Shown one piece after another: positions 54,914 through 63,790 of a stretch of 64,000 nt of DNA. Position numbers and translations under genes: made by a program. Position 1 is the first letter of the stretch. Each line of letters starts with the position of its first letter. The stretch spans positions 62,001 through 126,000 of IMG/VR virus record IMGVR_UViG_3300025012_000027; one strand, given 5' to 3'. Below the pieces are notes generated by a model. The model did no database searches. It had not been told where the DNA came from and saw nothing but the letters and a program-made list of their open reading frames with translations.

Positions 54914-55939
54914 ATGCCAAAGCAATACAATACCCTAGTCTATATCGGTCGGTTTCAACCAGTGCACCTGGCACATTTGGAAATTATTCGTCGCGCCACT
55001 GAAATGGCAAACCAAGTGATTATTATCATTGGTAGCGCAGACCAACCGCGAACATACAAAAACCCATTTACTCGTCAAGAACGAGCGGCTATGCTGCATC
55101 CCGTGTATAATATGGGGGATATGGAATCTGCTATTCGGATTGAAGACGTAACCGATTCAACGTACAATAATCTTGCATGGGCTACCAAAGTACAAGCAAT
55201 CGTTGCAAAACATAGCTATGCAGGTGATTCTATTGGCATCATAGGACACGAAAAAGATGAATCAACATTCTATTTGAGAATGTTCCCTCAATGGAAGTTT
55301 GAAGATGTTGATCTGATCGAACCACTAAATGCAACGGACATTCGAAATTTGTACTTCAAACGATCTGGGAACATGAACTTCATTAAGAGCGTGGTCCATC
55401 ATTCAACGTTTGACTTCTTATCGCAGTTTGCCCATACCCCTGCATTTGAACAGATCATTCGTGAGCGTGAGTTCATTGACTCATATAAAATGCAATATGC
55501 ATCGCTGGCTTACCCGCCTATATTCGTAACCACCGATGCCGTCGTGCTGTGTTCCGGCCACGTACTGATGGTTAAGCGTAAAGCAGAACCTGGCAGGGGA
55601 TTGTGGGCGCTCCCAGGGGGCTTCTTGAATGCCTATACCGATGCAAGCATTCAAGCTGCTGCGATTAGAGAGCTTAGAGAAGAAACTGGCATCAAAGTTC
55701 CTGCCCCTGTATTGGTGGGTAGTATCGTAGACTGTAAAGTGTTTGATGCTGTTGACCGAAGTGCTAGAGGTAGAACAATAACCCATGCTTTCAAGATAGT
55801 GTTGCTTGATGGCATGCTACCAAAGGTGCGTGGGGCGGATGATGCCGAGAAGGCAAAGTGGGTCCCATTGGCAGACGTGAAACGATCTGAATGCTTCGAC
55901 GATCATTATGAAATTATTGCGACAATGATTGGCGCGTAA
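54914..55939 (+). CDS. nadM: Bifunctional NMN adenylyltransferase / Nudix ADP-ribose pyrophosphatase (NadM-Nudix, NatV-like)
   Basis: IGRFQPVHLAH, KNPF, Nudix box LPGGF...AAIRELREETG, GADDA, DHYEII. Confidence 0.95.
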   Translation: MPKQYNTLVYIGRFQPVHLAHLEIIRRATEMANQVIIIIGSADQPRTYKNPFTRQERAAMLHPVYNMGDMESAIRIEDVTDSTYNNLAWATKVQAIVAKHSYAGDSIGIIGHEKDESTFYLRMFPQWKFEDVDLIEPLNATDIRNLYFKRSGNMNFIKSVVHHSTFDFLSQFAHTPAFEQIIREREFIDSYKMQYASLAYPPIFVTTDAVVLCSGHVLMVKRKAEPGRGLWALPGGFLNAYTDASIQAAAIRELREETGIKVPAPVLVGSIVDCKVFDAVDRSARGRTITHAFKIVLLDGMLPKVRGADDAEKAKWVPLADVKRSECFDDHYEIIATMIGA

Positions 55940-55991
55940 CAAGTCTAGGGGATAGACTCCTAGCAATTTTAACTTTAAAGGAACTTTAAAA

Positions 55992-57425
55992 ATGAAAAAC
56001 TCAATTCTATTGAACACAGACAGCTACAAAGTGAGCATGTGGCAGCAGTACCCACAAGGCACCGAATATGTGTATTCATACATCGAATCTCGAGGCGGCG
56101 AATACGCTGAAACTGAATTCTTGGGCGTCCAAGCACTTGCGAAATATCTATCAATCCCCATCACGCTAGATGACATTGACCTCGCCGACAGATTATGGAC
56201 TGCTCACGGCGAACCATTCAACCGAGCTGGATGGGAATACATACTCAACACATATCAAGGTCGACTGCCAATTCGTATTCGGGCGGCAAAAGAGGGGCTC
56301 ATTATCCCAACTAAAAACGTTCTGTGTACCATTGAGAACACAGATCCGAAATGCTATTGGCTCACTACGTGGGTTGAGACTGCCGCCCTTCGAGCGATCT
56401 GGTATCCAACTACCGTTGGCACTATTTCGTGGAACATCAAACAGTTCATTCTAAAATACTTGGATAAATCTGGCGACCCGTCTACTATTGCTTTTAAACT
56501 GCATGACTTTGGTGCTCGCGGTGTTTCTTCTGAAGAATCTGCTGGTATTGGCGGTGCAGCACACCTGGTCAATTTCATGGGTACGGACACTATGTCTGGC
56601 ATTCTTCATGCTATGTCTGTTTATGGTGGAGACGTATGTGGCTATTCTATCCCAGCAGCAGAACACTCTACCATAACGAGCTGGGGGCGAGACAACGAAG
56701 TGAACGCATATCGTAATATGCTTACGCAATTCGCAAAGCCTGGATCGGTCGTCGCAGTTGTTTCTGACTCTTACGACATCTACAACGCATGTAATCTGTG
56801 GGGAACAGAACTCAAGCAACAAGTGATCGACAGTGGAGCGACGGTTGTTATTCGCCCGGATTCAGGTGATCCGATCGAAGTGTTATCAAAGATGCTGCGT
56901 ATTCTTGAAGAACGATTTGGTGCACCGAAGAACGCCAAGGGGTACAAAGTTCTTAACAATGTACGAGTGATTTGGGGCGACGGGATCAACATCCAAAGTC
57001 TCGAAGCAATTCTTACGCATATGGTCGACTTCCTCGGGTACAGCGCAGACAACTTCGCATTCGGCATGGGTGGCGGACTATTGCAACAATGCAATCGAGA
57101 CACCTTGAAGTTCGCTATGAAGGCGTCCGCAATTGGGGTTCGCGAGACTAGACTCGATGAGTTCTGCGGGGATGAAGATTACACGAGCTCGGTGGTGTGG
57201 CGTGATGTGTTCAAAGATCCAATCACTGATCCCGGCAAATCGTCCAAGAAAGGTCGAGTAACACTTTGGGAATCTGGCGGACACTATGAGTCCAGCGTAA
57301 CTCAGCCGACTAAATGGACCGATCGTGGATTTGAATGGAAAGAAGCTATGGAAACATACTTTGAAGACGGCGAAGTAACGTTCACGCAAACGTTTGAGCA
57401 AGTGCGATCAAACCAACATATCTAA
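55992..57425 (+). CDS. nadV: Nicotinamide phosphoribosyltransferase (NAMPT)
   Basis: TDSYK, LHDFGARG, SIPAAEHS, VSDSYD, IRPDSGDP, WGDGI, RDTLKFAMK. Confidence 0.97.
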   Translation: MKNSILLNTDSYKVSMWQQYPQGTEYVYSYIESRGGEYAETEFLGVQALAKYLSIPITLDDIDLADRLWTAHGEPFNRAGWEYILNTYQGRLPIRIRAAKEGLIIPTKNVLCTIENTDPKCYWLTTWVETAALRAIWYPTTVGTISWNIKQFILKYLDKSGDPSTIAFKLHDFGARGVSSEESAGIGGAAHLVNFMGTDTMSGILHAMSVYGGDVCGYSIPAAEHSTITSWGRDNEVNAYRNMLTQFAKPGSVVAVVSDSYDIYNACNLWGTELKQQVIDSGATVVIRPDSGDPIEVLSKMLRILEERFGAPKNAKGYKVLNNVRVIWGDGINIQSLEAILTHMVDFLGYSADNFAFGMGGGLLQQCNRDTLKFAMKASAIGVRETRLDEFCGDEDYTSSVVWRDVFKDPITDPGKSSKKGRVTLWESGGHYESSVTQPTKWTDRGFEWKEAMETYFEDGEVTFTQTFEQVRSNQHI

Positions 57426-57433
57426 GGAATTAT

Positions 57434-57649
57434 ATGTCCGACCATCATCTCCCTAAACTACCTACCCCAACAATCATCGATGGTCGGATGGTGTTCACAT
57501 CTGGTCAAATGAGAGAGTATGGCGAACTGTGCTTTGAGCAAGGTAAACTGTTTGACGCTGAAAATATTCCAGTTGAAGATACTACCAAGGTAGGGACTGA
57601 CTCAACATTCGTCGACGAACTAATGTCTATTTTTAACATGAAGAAGTGA
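57434..57649 (+). CDS. Hypothetical protein
   Basis: AAGGA RBS. Confidence 0.6.
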   Translation: MSDHHLPKLPTPTIIDGRMVFTSGQMREYGELCFEQGKLFDAENIPVEDTTKVGTDSTFVDELMSIFNMKK

Positions 57650-57655
57650 GGTTAT

Positions 57656-57940
57656 ATGGGTATTTATTATGCTGCACGTTTGGTTGTTGGGTTGCCTGCC
57701 AGCCAGGTCGACATTGAAGTTGATTCAGCTGATGGATTGGGGCTAGATATCATTTCTCCGTATTACGATGATCCATACGATCAATCATTGATTGGAATTG
57801 TTGTTGCAACCTCGGACGATTACTCATTCCAAGAGATCGACATGACAGCGGTACTTGAGAAGATTTCGTTGGCTAGGATCAAATTCGCTCGAATGACCGG
57901 CCTCGAAGGCAAAGTTTTTATTTCCACTTATGGAATGTGA
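57656..57940 (+). CDS. Hypothetical protein
   Basis: GAGG RBS. Confidence 0.6.
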   Translation: MGIYYAARLVVGLPASQVDIEVDSADGLGLDIISPYYDDPYDQSLIGIVVATSDDYSFQEIDMTAVLEKISLARIKFARMTGLEGKVFISTYGM

Positions 57941-58125
57941 CGGTATAACCATGTTATAATTTAGGTTTACAGCAAAGGAATATATTATGAGAATTTTGAA
58001 CTTCATTGCAATCTGCGTGGCGTATGCTATTATTGGATATGTGTACTTGCCAGCAGCTCTTGTATTATTAGTTATCGATTTGGGGCTGCTGTCGTATTTT
58101 CATCGGAAGCAACCGCGTACATCAA

Positions 58126-58344
58126 ATGGCGAGACCGATTGAGAACATGACCATGACACAAACATCTGTAGTTAATCACTCTCAGACATATACCCCGGAC
58201 AATGAACCGTTGAGTTGTGCTAAGTATGCCCGCATGGAGTCGGTAGTGGAAGCGATGTTCTTACCAACACCGTCACGTGAGCAACACATGGCGCTCCTGA
58301 ATCACATCATTGACTCTTGGATCTTTCCAGCAACTATCAACTAA
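58126..58344 (+). CDS. Hypothetical protein
   Basis: Tiled ORF only. Confidence 0.35.
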   Translation: MARPIENMTMTQTSVVNHSQTYTPDNEPLSCAKYARMESVVEAMFLPTPSREQHMALLNHIIDSWIFPATIN

Positions 58345-58352
58345 CTTATATT

Positions 58353-59456
58353 ATGTCATATTTCATTCGAAACGGAATCAATTTCAACGTATCTCCCGAT
58401 GGGGCGATCGATATGTATACCAAGCTGCCTGCTGGTAACTACATCATCAAACAAGACCCATACGAAAATCTTTTTCTGCAGAAGGTTGACGACTTCGTGC
58501 CAGTGAAGAAAGTTTATGGTAACATCAACCGGTATGCTGATCGCATCCTCGAGACATATAGCAAACGCAACACGTCTACAGGCGTTTTACTGACCGGCGA
58601 AAAGGGCAGTGGCAAAACTCTGCTAGCAAAACAGTTGAGCATCGACCTCGCTAAACGAGATGTTCCTACGATCATCATCAACTCTCCGTGGACGGGTGAT
58701 AAGTTCAACAAGTTCTTGCAGGACATCGACCAAGAGTGCGTGGTTATGTTCGATGAGTTTGAAAAGGTGTACAATACAGAGGCCCAGGAAGTTATTTTAA
58801 CTCTGTTGGATGGTGTATTTCCATCATCGAAACTGTTCCTATTGACGTGTAATGATAAGTGGCGTGTAGATTCACATATGCGAAACCGCCCAGGTCGCAT
58901 CTTTTATATGATCGACTTTGCTGGGCTCGACTCGGAATTCATCCGAGAATACTGCAATGATGCTTTGGACGACAAGCATCACATTGACAAGATCTGCGAG
59001 ATTGCTTTGTTGTTCAAGGAGTTCAACTTCGACATGCTGAAGTCTTTAGTCGAAGAGATGAATCGGTACAACGAATCGCCACAAGATTCAATGCTCATGT
59101 TGAACGCCAAACCAGAGTTCGGTGGAGATAACAGATACACCATCAATATCGTTAAAAACGGCGTATCCTTCGGTAAAAATGTGTCTCCATCAGTATACGA
59201 AGGAAATCCATTGAACGATGATTCGATCAATGTCCACTATAAGGCTATTGCCAAGAAACCTTCTAATGATACGGATTGCGTTCCAGTGTCTAGTGGCGAT
59301 GATGATGACGACGGCGGTTGGGGGTCAATTGTTGTGACGCAAGCAAACCTCATCAAAATACTGCCACAAGAAGGTCGATTCGTCTTTGTTAAAGATGACT
59401 TTGAAATTACGCTCACAAAGGTCGTTGAATATCGTTGCGATTGGCGAGCATTCTAA
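58353..59456 (+). CDS. AAA+ ATPase
   Basis: GEKGSGKT, VMFDEFEK, RNRPGRI; ATG 58353 preferred. Confidence 0.88.
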   Translation: MSYFIRNGINFNVSPDGAIDMYTKLPAGNYIIKQDPYENLFLQKVDDFVPVKKVYGNINRYADRILETYSKRNTSTGVLLTGEKGSGKTLLAKQLSIDLAKRDVPTIIINSPWTGDKFNKFLQDIDQECVVMFDEFEKVYNTEAQEVILTLLDGVFPSSKLFLLTCNDKWRVDSHMRNRPGRIFYMIDFAGLDSEFIREYCNDALDDKHHIDKICEIALLFKEFNFDMLKSLVEEMNRYNESPQDSMLMLNAKPEFGGDNRYTINIVKNGVSFGKNVSPSVYEGNPLNDDSINVHYKAIAKKPSNDTDCVPVSSGDDDDDGGWGSIVVTQANLIKILPQEGRFVFVKDDFEITLTKVVEYRCDWRAF

Positions 59457-59518
59457 CAAGCTGGTGCCAAGTGTGTTATAATTGCACACTTGGTTAAATA
59501 ATGTTGACTAAGAGGTGA

Positions 59519-59701
59519 TTGGTGCTTTTAGAGTTTAAAGACGATATAGATCGCAGGATTGCCGAGTATGCTAGATCAAAATGTTCAACTGATGAACAAA
59601 TAGAATTAGCACAATGGGTCACTTCTCTAATAAACCATAACTGGCGAGATCGTTTTGAGATCTTAACGTATATTGAGATGCGTATGCCAACTTTGCAATA
59701 G
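59519..59701 (+). CDS. Hypothetical protein
   Basis: GAGG RBS with TTG start after promoter. Confidence 0.35.
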   Translation: MVLLEFKDDIDRRIAEYARSKCSTDEQIELAQWVTSLINHNWRDRFEILTYIEMRMPTLQ

Positions 59702-59710
59702 GAATTTATT

Positions 59711-60280
59711 ATGCCTTCAGTTTTCTTGTATTCAGATCCACACTTTGGACACTTTGGCGTCTGTCGCTTCACGCAAGGTGATGGTATAACACCGCTGCGC
59801 CCATGGGATCATCCGGATGAGATGGATGAAGCAATGGTAAAGCTGTACAATGAAACTGTCAAGCCAAATGATAAAGTCTACTTTCTCGGCGATGTTGTTA
59901 TCAATCGGCGAGCATTGCCTACATTGGGTAGGTTGAACGGCGAGAAGATTTTGCTGAAAGGCAATCACGACGTGTTCAGACTCGAAGAATATACACCATA
60001 CTTCCGAGATATCAGATCATACCATGTAATGAACGGCGCAATCTTGAGCCACATCCCAGTGCATGAGTCTCAAATGGGGCGATTCGGCACTAACATTCAC
60101 GGACATCTACATTCTGGTAGAGTGATGACCACTAATCAGTATCATCAATCTGTCGTTGATACTAGATATCACTGCGTATGCGTTGAGCAAACTGACTTCA
60201 AACCTATTCTCGTAGAAGATGTATTCAAACGAATCCTAGCAGAAGGTGGATCGGTCGGTAAGACTCAAGGCAATCGCTGA
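59711..60280 (+). CDS. Calcineurin-like metallophosphoesterase
   Basis: SDPHFGH, LGDV, KGNHD, SHIP, HGHLH. Confidence 0.92.
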   Translation: MPSVFLYSDPHFGHFGVCRFTQGDGITPLRPWDHPDEMDEAMVKLYNETVKPNDKVYFLGDVVINRRALPTLGRLNGEKILLKGNHDVFRLEEYTPYFRDIRSYHVMNGAILSHIPVHESQMGRFGTNIHGHLHSGRVMTTNQYHQSVVDTRYHCVCVEQTDFKPILVEDVFKRILAEGGSVGKTQGNR

Positions 60281-60327
60281 ATTGATACTGTCTTAAATAA
60301 TACTAGTATTATTACAAGGATTATGAC

Positions 60328-62163
60328 ATGGCTTCAATCACCGAGATGGACCGTAACATCACAGCGGCATATCAGAAAATTAACTTTCGCAAAATGGTCT
60401 TCGAGAGTGTCGTGAATTCGGTGTTCTTGGAAACCGCCGATGAAGAAGAAACCACAAAGTTTCTAAGCTGGAAACAAGAAGTTCAAAAGGCAAATCCCGG
60501 AAAACGCCTGTTGTTCAAAGGCCGTATCGAGAAGGGCGCTAAAGGCGACCTAAACACAGTATCAGCCGAAGAAAGCGGTAAAGATCGTTCGTATGGTGTT
60601 TGGGATCACGATGAGAAAAAAGGCCATTTGTTTACGGAATCTGACGAATCTGGGTATTCTTCATTCCTACAAACAAAGCAGGGTGATGCACCGGTACCCA
60701 TCGAGCCAGAAAATGTGGCCTCTGATCCAGTTGATACAATCTCCATGGAAGTTCCATTCCTCATTCGAGCTATGGAGTATGCCAGAGAAGATGCAAAAAC
60801 TGATGAGTCGTTGCATGTAGCAACTGAGAAGATGATTAAGTTTAGCAAAGCAGGTCCTTTAACGATGGCAGCGTACGATGAAATCTTTGGGGTTGATCAT
60901 GCAGGGCCAGATGGGGATGGCGATGCTGACGATAAAACAGAAATGTCAGAAGCTACAAGAGAGCACCAAAATTGGGAAGTTAAAAGTGCTGTATGGAAAG
61001 ACGAGGGTGGGTATAGAAAACCTACCGACGTAAAAACGCACAGCGTCCGATCAGACCGTGCATATAGAGCAGTGCAAAAAGCCGAAAAACAATATGAGCC
61101 TGGCCGTGAAACTTGGTCTGTCCATGCGTTAGGAAATGTCGCGGAAGGCGTTGGCGATAAAGAAGAGGTGGCTGAAGGCTTTAGCGATACCGATACTGTA
61201 TTTTTAACCCCGCCGACCGGTAAGTTGGCGCATCTTCGGTATAATCTTTTCAGCGAAGGTTCGCCAGAAGATCATGCAGCCGCTATCAAATACCATTCCA
61301 AAGATGCAGATAGAGCTACCTCGCAAAAGTCAGCATTCCATGATATGCGCGCAAAGATGCATTCCGACTGGTTAGATGGGCGTCAAGTGACATCTGAAGG
61401 CTATGGCGAAGACGATGGAATTTTTATGGGTGCTAAGGTGTATCACCGAGACCATCAGTCAGGCGAACCGTTCAAAGTTGTAAAAATCGTCGATGATCAA
61501 CGAGTTGGAGTAGTTGACGACCACGGCAATACTACAGATTTGTTTATTAATCAATTAGTTCCAGCGAAAACAGCCGGCGATAAAGAACTTGAAGAAGCAT
61601 ATTCATATCCGGATGCTAAAGTTAGTCTGATCGCAGACCCAGAAGAACGAGCCAGAATCAATGATCTGAAATCGTTGTATTCGACGTTCGGCGGTGTAAA
61701 GGGTATTAAACGTGCTCGACACTTCGACAAAACTGGACTGTTAAAGGCAACGGCTAAACAAAAGGATCTATTGTTTCGGATGACAGATGAGACGGGCAAC
61801 GTTAAACCCAAACAAGATACGGTTACTGAATCTAAGGGGTCCACCGAGCCGTTGTCGGTCGGGGATAATGTGACACTACGAAATCCAAATTCTTCATTGT
61901 ATGGAGCATCCGGAAAGGTTGATCGGATAGATGGTGATCAGGTGTACGTTTCGGGAAAAAACATGATGACATTACCCCACGATCGGAAGCATGTCCAACT
62001 TGTTTCCAAGCCATTGGCAGTAGTTGAATCACTAACTGCTAACGATAGTATCGACAAATGGATCGGTGATTTCATTGCGTCCAAAGATCCAAAGTTCGAA
62101 GGTAAGTCTAAAGAAGACCGTCGCAAAATGGCAGTTGGTGCGTTCTATGGAGCAAAGAAATAA
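60328..62163 (+). CDS. Large late multi-module protein, probable protease-processed internal head protein
   Basis: TAAATA at 60294; repeated hydrophobic-x-E junctions; C-terminal WIGDF..SKDPKFEGKSKEDRRKMA.GA. Confidence 0.6.
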   Translation: MASITEMDRNITAAYQKINFRKMVFESVVNSVFLETADEEETTKFLSWKQEVQKANPGKRLLFKGRIEKGAKGDLNTVSAEESGKDRSYGVWDHDEKKGHLFTESDESGYSSFLQTKQGDAPVPIEPENVASDPVDTISMEVPFLIRAMEYAREDAKTDESLHVATEKMIKFSKAGPLTMAAYDEIFGVDHAGPDGDGDADDKTEMSEATREHQNWEVKSAVWKDEGGYRKPTDVKTHSVRSDRAYRAVQKAEKQYEPGRETWSVHALGNVAEGVGDKEEVAEGFSDTDTVFLTPPTGKLAHLRYNLFSEGSPEDHAAAIKYHSKDADRATSQKSAFHDMRAKMHSDWLDGRQVTSEGYGEDDGIFMGAKVYHRDHQSGEPFKVVKIVDDQRVGVVDDHGNTTDLFINQLVPAKTAGDKELEEAYSYPDAKVSLIADPEERARINDLKSLYSTFGGVKGIKRARHFDKTGLLKATAKQKDLLFRMTDETGNVKPKQDTVTESKGSTEPLSVGDNVTLRNPNSSLYGASGKVDRIDGDQVYVSGKNMMTLPHDRKHVQLVSKPLAVVESLTANDSIDKWIGDFIASKDPKFEGKSKEDRRKMAVGAFYGAKK

Positions 62164-62477
62164 TGTCCGAATACCAAGACATGTTCGATGCCAATCGGGC
62201 GATCATAGCAGCATATGGGCATGTCGTAGAGGCGGCTGCTCTTAGGCTAACCCCTATGGGGAAACAACACGACATTGGTATGTATTCGATTGACTTGTTC
62301 AAGCATCCACTACCAAACGGAGAAACTAACTTCGTTGGGCATATCTTTCACGGAAATAAACGATTGAAAGAAGTGCAAATCTTTAAGGGGGCTGATGATC
62401 AAGCATCCGCGGATCATCTCAAACAAGAATCTGCAGACGCATTAGCAGAATTTGTTAAAACTGAAAAGAGGGTTTGA
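62163..62477 (+). CDS. Hypothetical protein, possible internal head protein
   Basis: TAATG coupling; AIIAAYGHVVE leader. Confidence 0.55.
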   Translation: MSEYQDMFDANRAIIAAYGHVVEAAALRLTPMGKQHDIGMYSIDLFKHPLPNGETNFVGHIFHGNKRLKEVQIFKGADDQASADHLKQESADALAEFVKTEKRV

Positions 62478-62502
62478 CATCTCTTGGCAGTGATGTTAAA
62501 AT
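62474..62502 (+). promoter_or_regulatory. sigma70 promoter
   Basis: TTGACA-17 nt-TAAAAT with TG extension. Confidence 0.75.
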
Positions 62503-62514
62503 ACAGTTTTAGGA

Positions 62515-62823
62515 GTGATGATGGAAGATATCATGTTGGCGATTGTTATTGGGCTCACCGCCGGTTTCATACTCAGGACATTGTATGACCGCTTTTCAAA
62601 TAATGACGAAGCCGAAGATGACGGCCCCATGCCGCGTATCTTTGATGTAGATAAGATTGATGCATCATATTTCGCATATGATGAGTCCGAGACATTTGTA
62701 GCACAAGAACCTACACTGCAAGCTCTTGTTGATCGTCTAGTAGAACTCCATACATTCATCGCGCTCGCCACTGCTAACGAAGAAGTTAAAACAGAACTAC
62801 TTTCAATGGCTAAGCAGGCGTAG
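62515..62823 (+). CDS. Membrane-anchored hypothetical protein
   Basis: N-terminal TM; FAYD....FVAQ; start may be 62521. Confidence 0.6.
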   Translation: MMMEDIMLAIVIGLTAGFILRTLYDRFSNNDEAEDDGPMPRIFDVDKIDASYFAYDESETFVAQEPTLQALVDRLVELHTFIALATANEEVKTELLSMAKQA

Positions 62824-63283
62824 TAGTTTTCCCTGAAATTTTGTTATACTGTTCTTCTGTCCAGCCCATTGCATCGAGCAATACGTTGAACGTGATCGTC
62901 GGAAGAACGGTATGTAACGTTTGATCTTTGATATGAATCATCCATATAGCATCCTCGGCGGACATATCTTCCATCCACTGAACTAGGATTTGTTCCTTTT
63001 GGAACTGTTTTAGATCTTTACTGAACATAATGTAGTATTTGTTAGATAGATTCAAAATCTCTAGCGGAGCCACCCCCACTGGATGCAGACTGGGAATGTA
63101 TGGTGGGATTCCAGCTGGTAACGGAGATTTAAACTTTGGGTTTAGCGCATAGCCGAACATCACGTTCAATCTCGAATCTTTTTTCATGATGTTGCGCAAA
63201 TACTGTGCTGGATCTTCGGACTTGCCAGCAAGTGTCATGATTTCGTGGAAAGTGATGTTTTTATCATTCAGTTTTTCGTTCAT
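62810..63283 (-). CDS. Conserved T4-like hypothetical protein (DUF6433-like)
   Basis: TAAATA(-) at 63309, GGAGA RBS; LP.G.PPY...KE....QW.E...EDA.....IKDQ. Confidence 0.6.
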   Translation of the reverse strand: MNEKLNDKNITFHEIMTLAGKSEDPAQYLRNIMKKDSRLNVMFGYALNPKFKSPLPAGIPPYIPSLHPVGVAPLEILNLSNKYYIMFSKDLKQFQKEQILVQWMEDMSAEDAIWMIHIKDQTLHTVLPTITFNVLLDAMGWTEEQYNKISGKTTTPA

Positions 63284-63313
63284 TGTATTCTCCATATTAA
63301 CTACCATATATTT

Positions 63314-63535
63314 ATGCATCAATATAAACTCAAGATTGTAGATTGTCACGACTCGCTGATGTGGTATGCCAAGCATATCGGCGAATGCTTTCCGTTTGTT
63401 CGTATGGTTGAAGAGGGGTTCATGAGCCGAGAACCAGCTGGCTATCTGAACATCGTTCGATATTATGATGCTATTCTGTTGGATGAAAACGACAACGAAG
63501 TTATTTTTGATAATCGCCCTGCTGATATGCGCTAA
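63314..63535 (+). CDS. Hypothetical protein
   Basis: C.D...WY...IG...SREPAGY.NIV...D. Confidence 0.5.
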   Translation: MHQYKLKIVDCHDSLMWYAKHIGECFPFVRMVEEGFMSREPAGYLNIVRYYDAILLDENDNEVIFDNRPADMR

Positions 63536-63573
63536 ATGGTGTTATAATAGTGACACTAACAAGGAACTTTATT

Positions 63574-63789
63574 ATGTACGCTACTCTGTTTAATCGCTCT
63601 TCTGGCAGCACTGTAGTGCAAACTACGGTTGCAGAACTGTTGCAGTTCATCAAAGCATTTGCTCATACCGTTACGGATGTTGATGATCGCACCGAGCTCG
63701 AAGACTTGCTCGAATACGATGTTGAATTTTACGAACGAGTTGGTAAAGTTGAAGGGTCTACCTTCGTAGTTCAAGTTTGGAAGCCGTGA
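63574..63789 (+). CDS. Hypothetical protein
   Basis: Promoter plus AAGGA RBS. Confidence 0.55.
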   Translation: MYATLFNRSSGSTVVQTTVAELLQFIKAFAHTVTDVDDRTELEDLLEYDVEFYERVGKVEGSTFVVQVWKP

Positions 63790-63790
63790 T

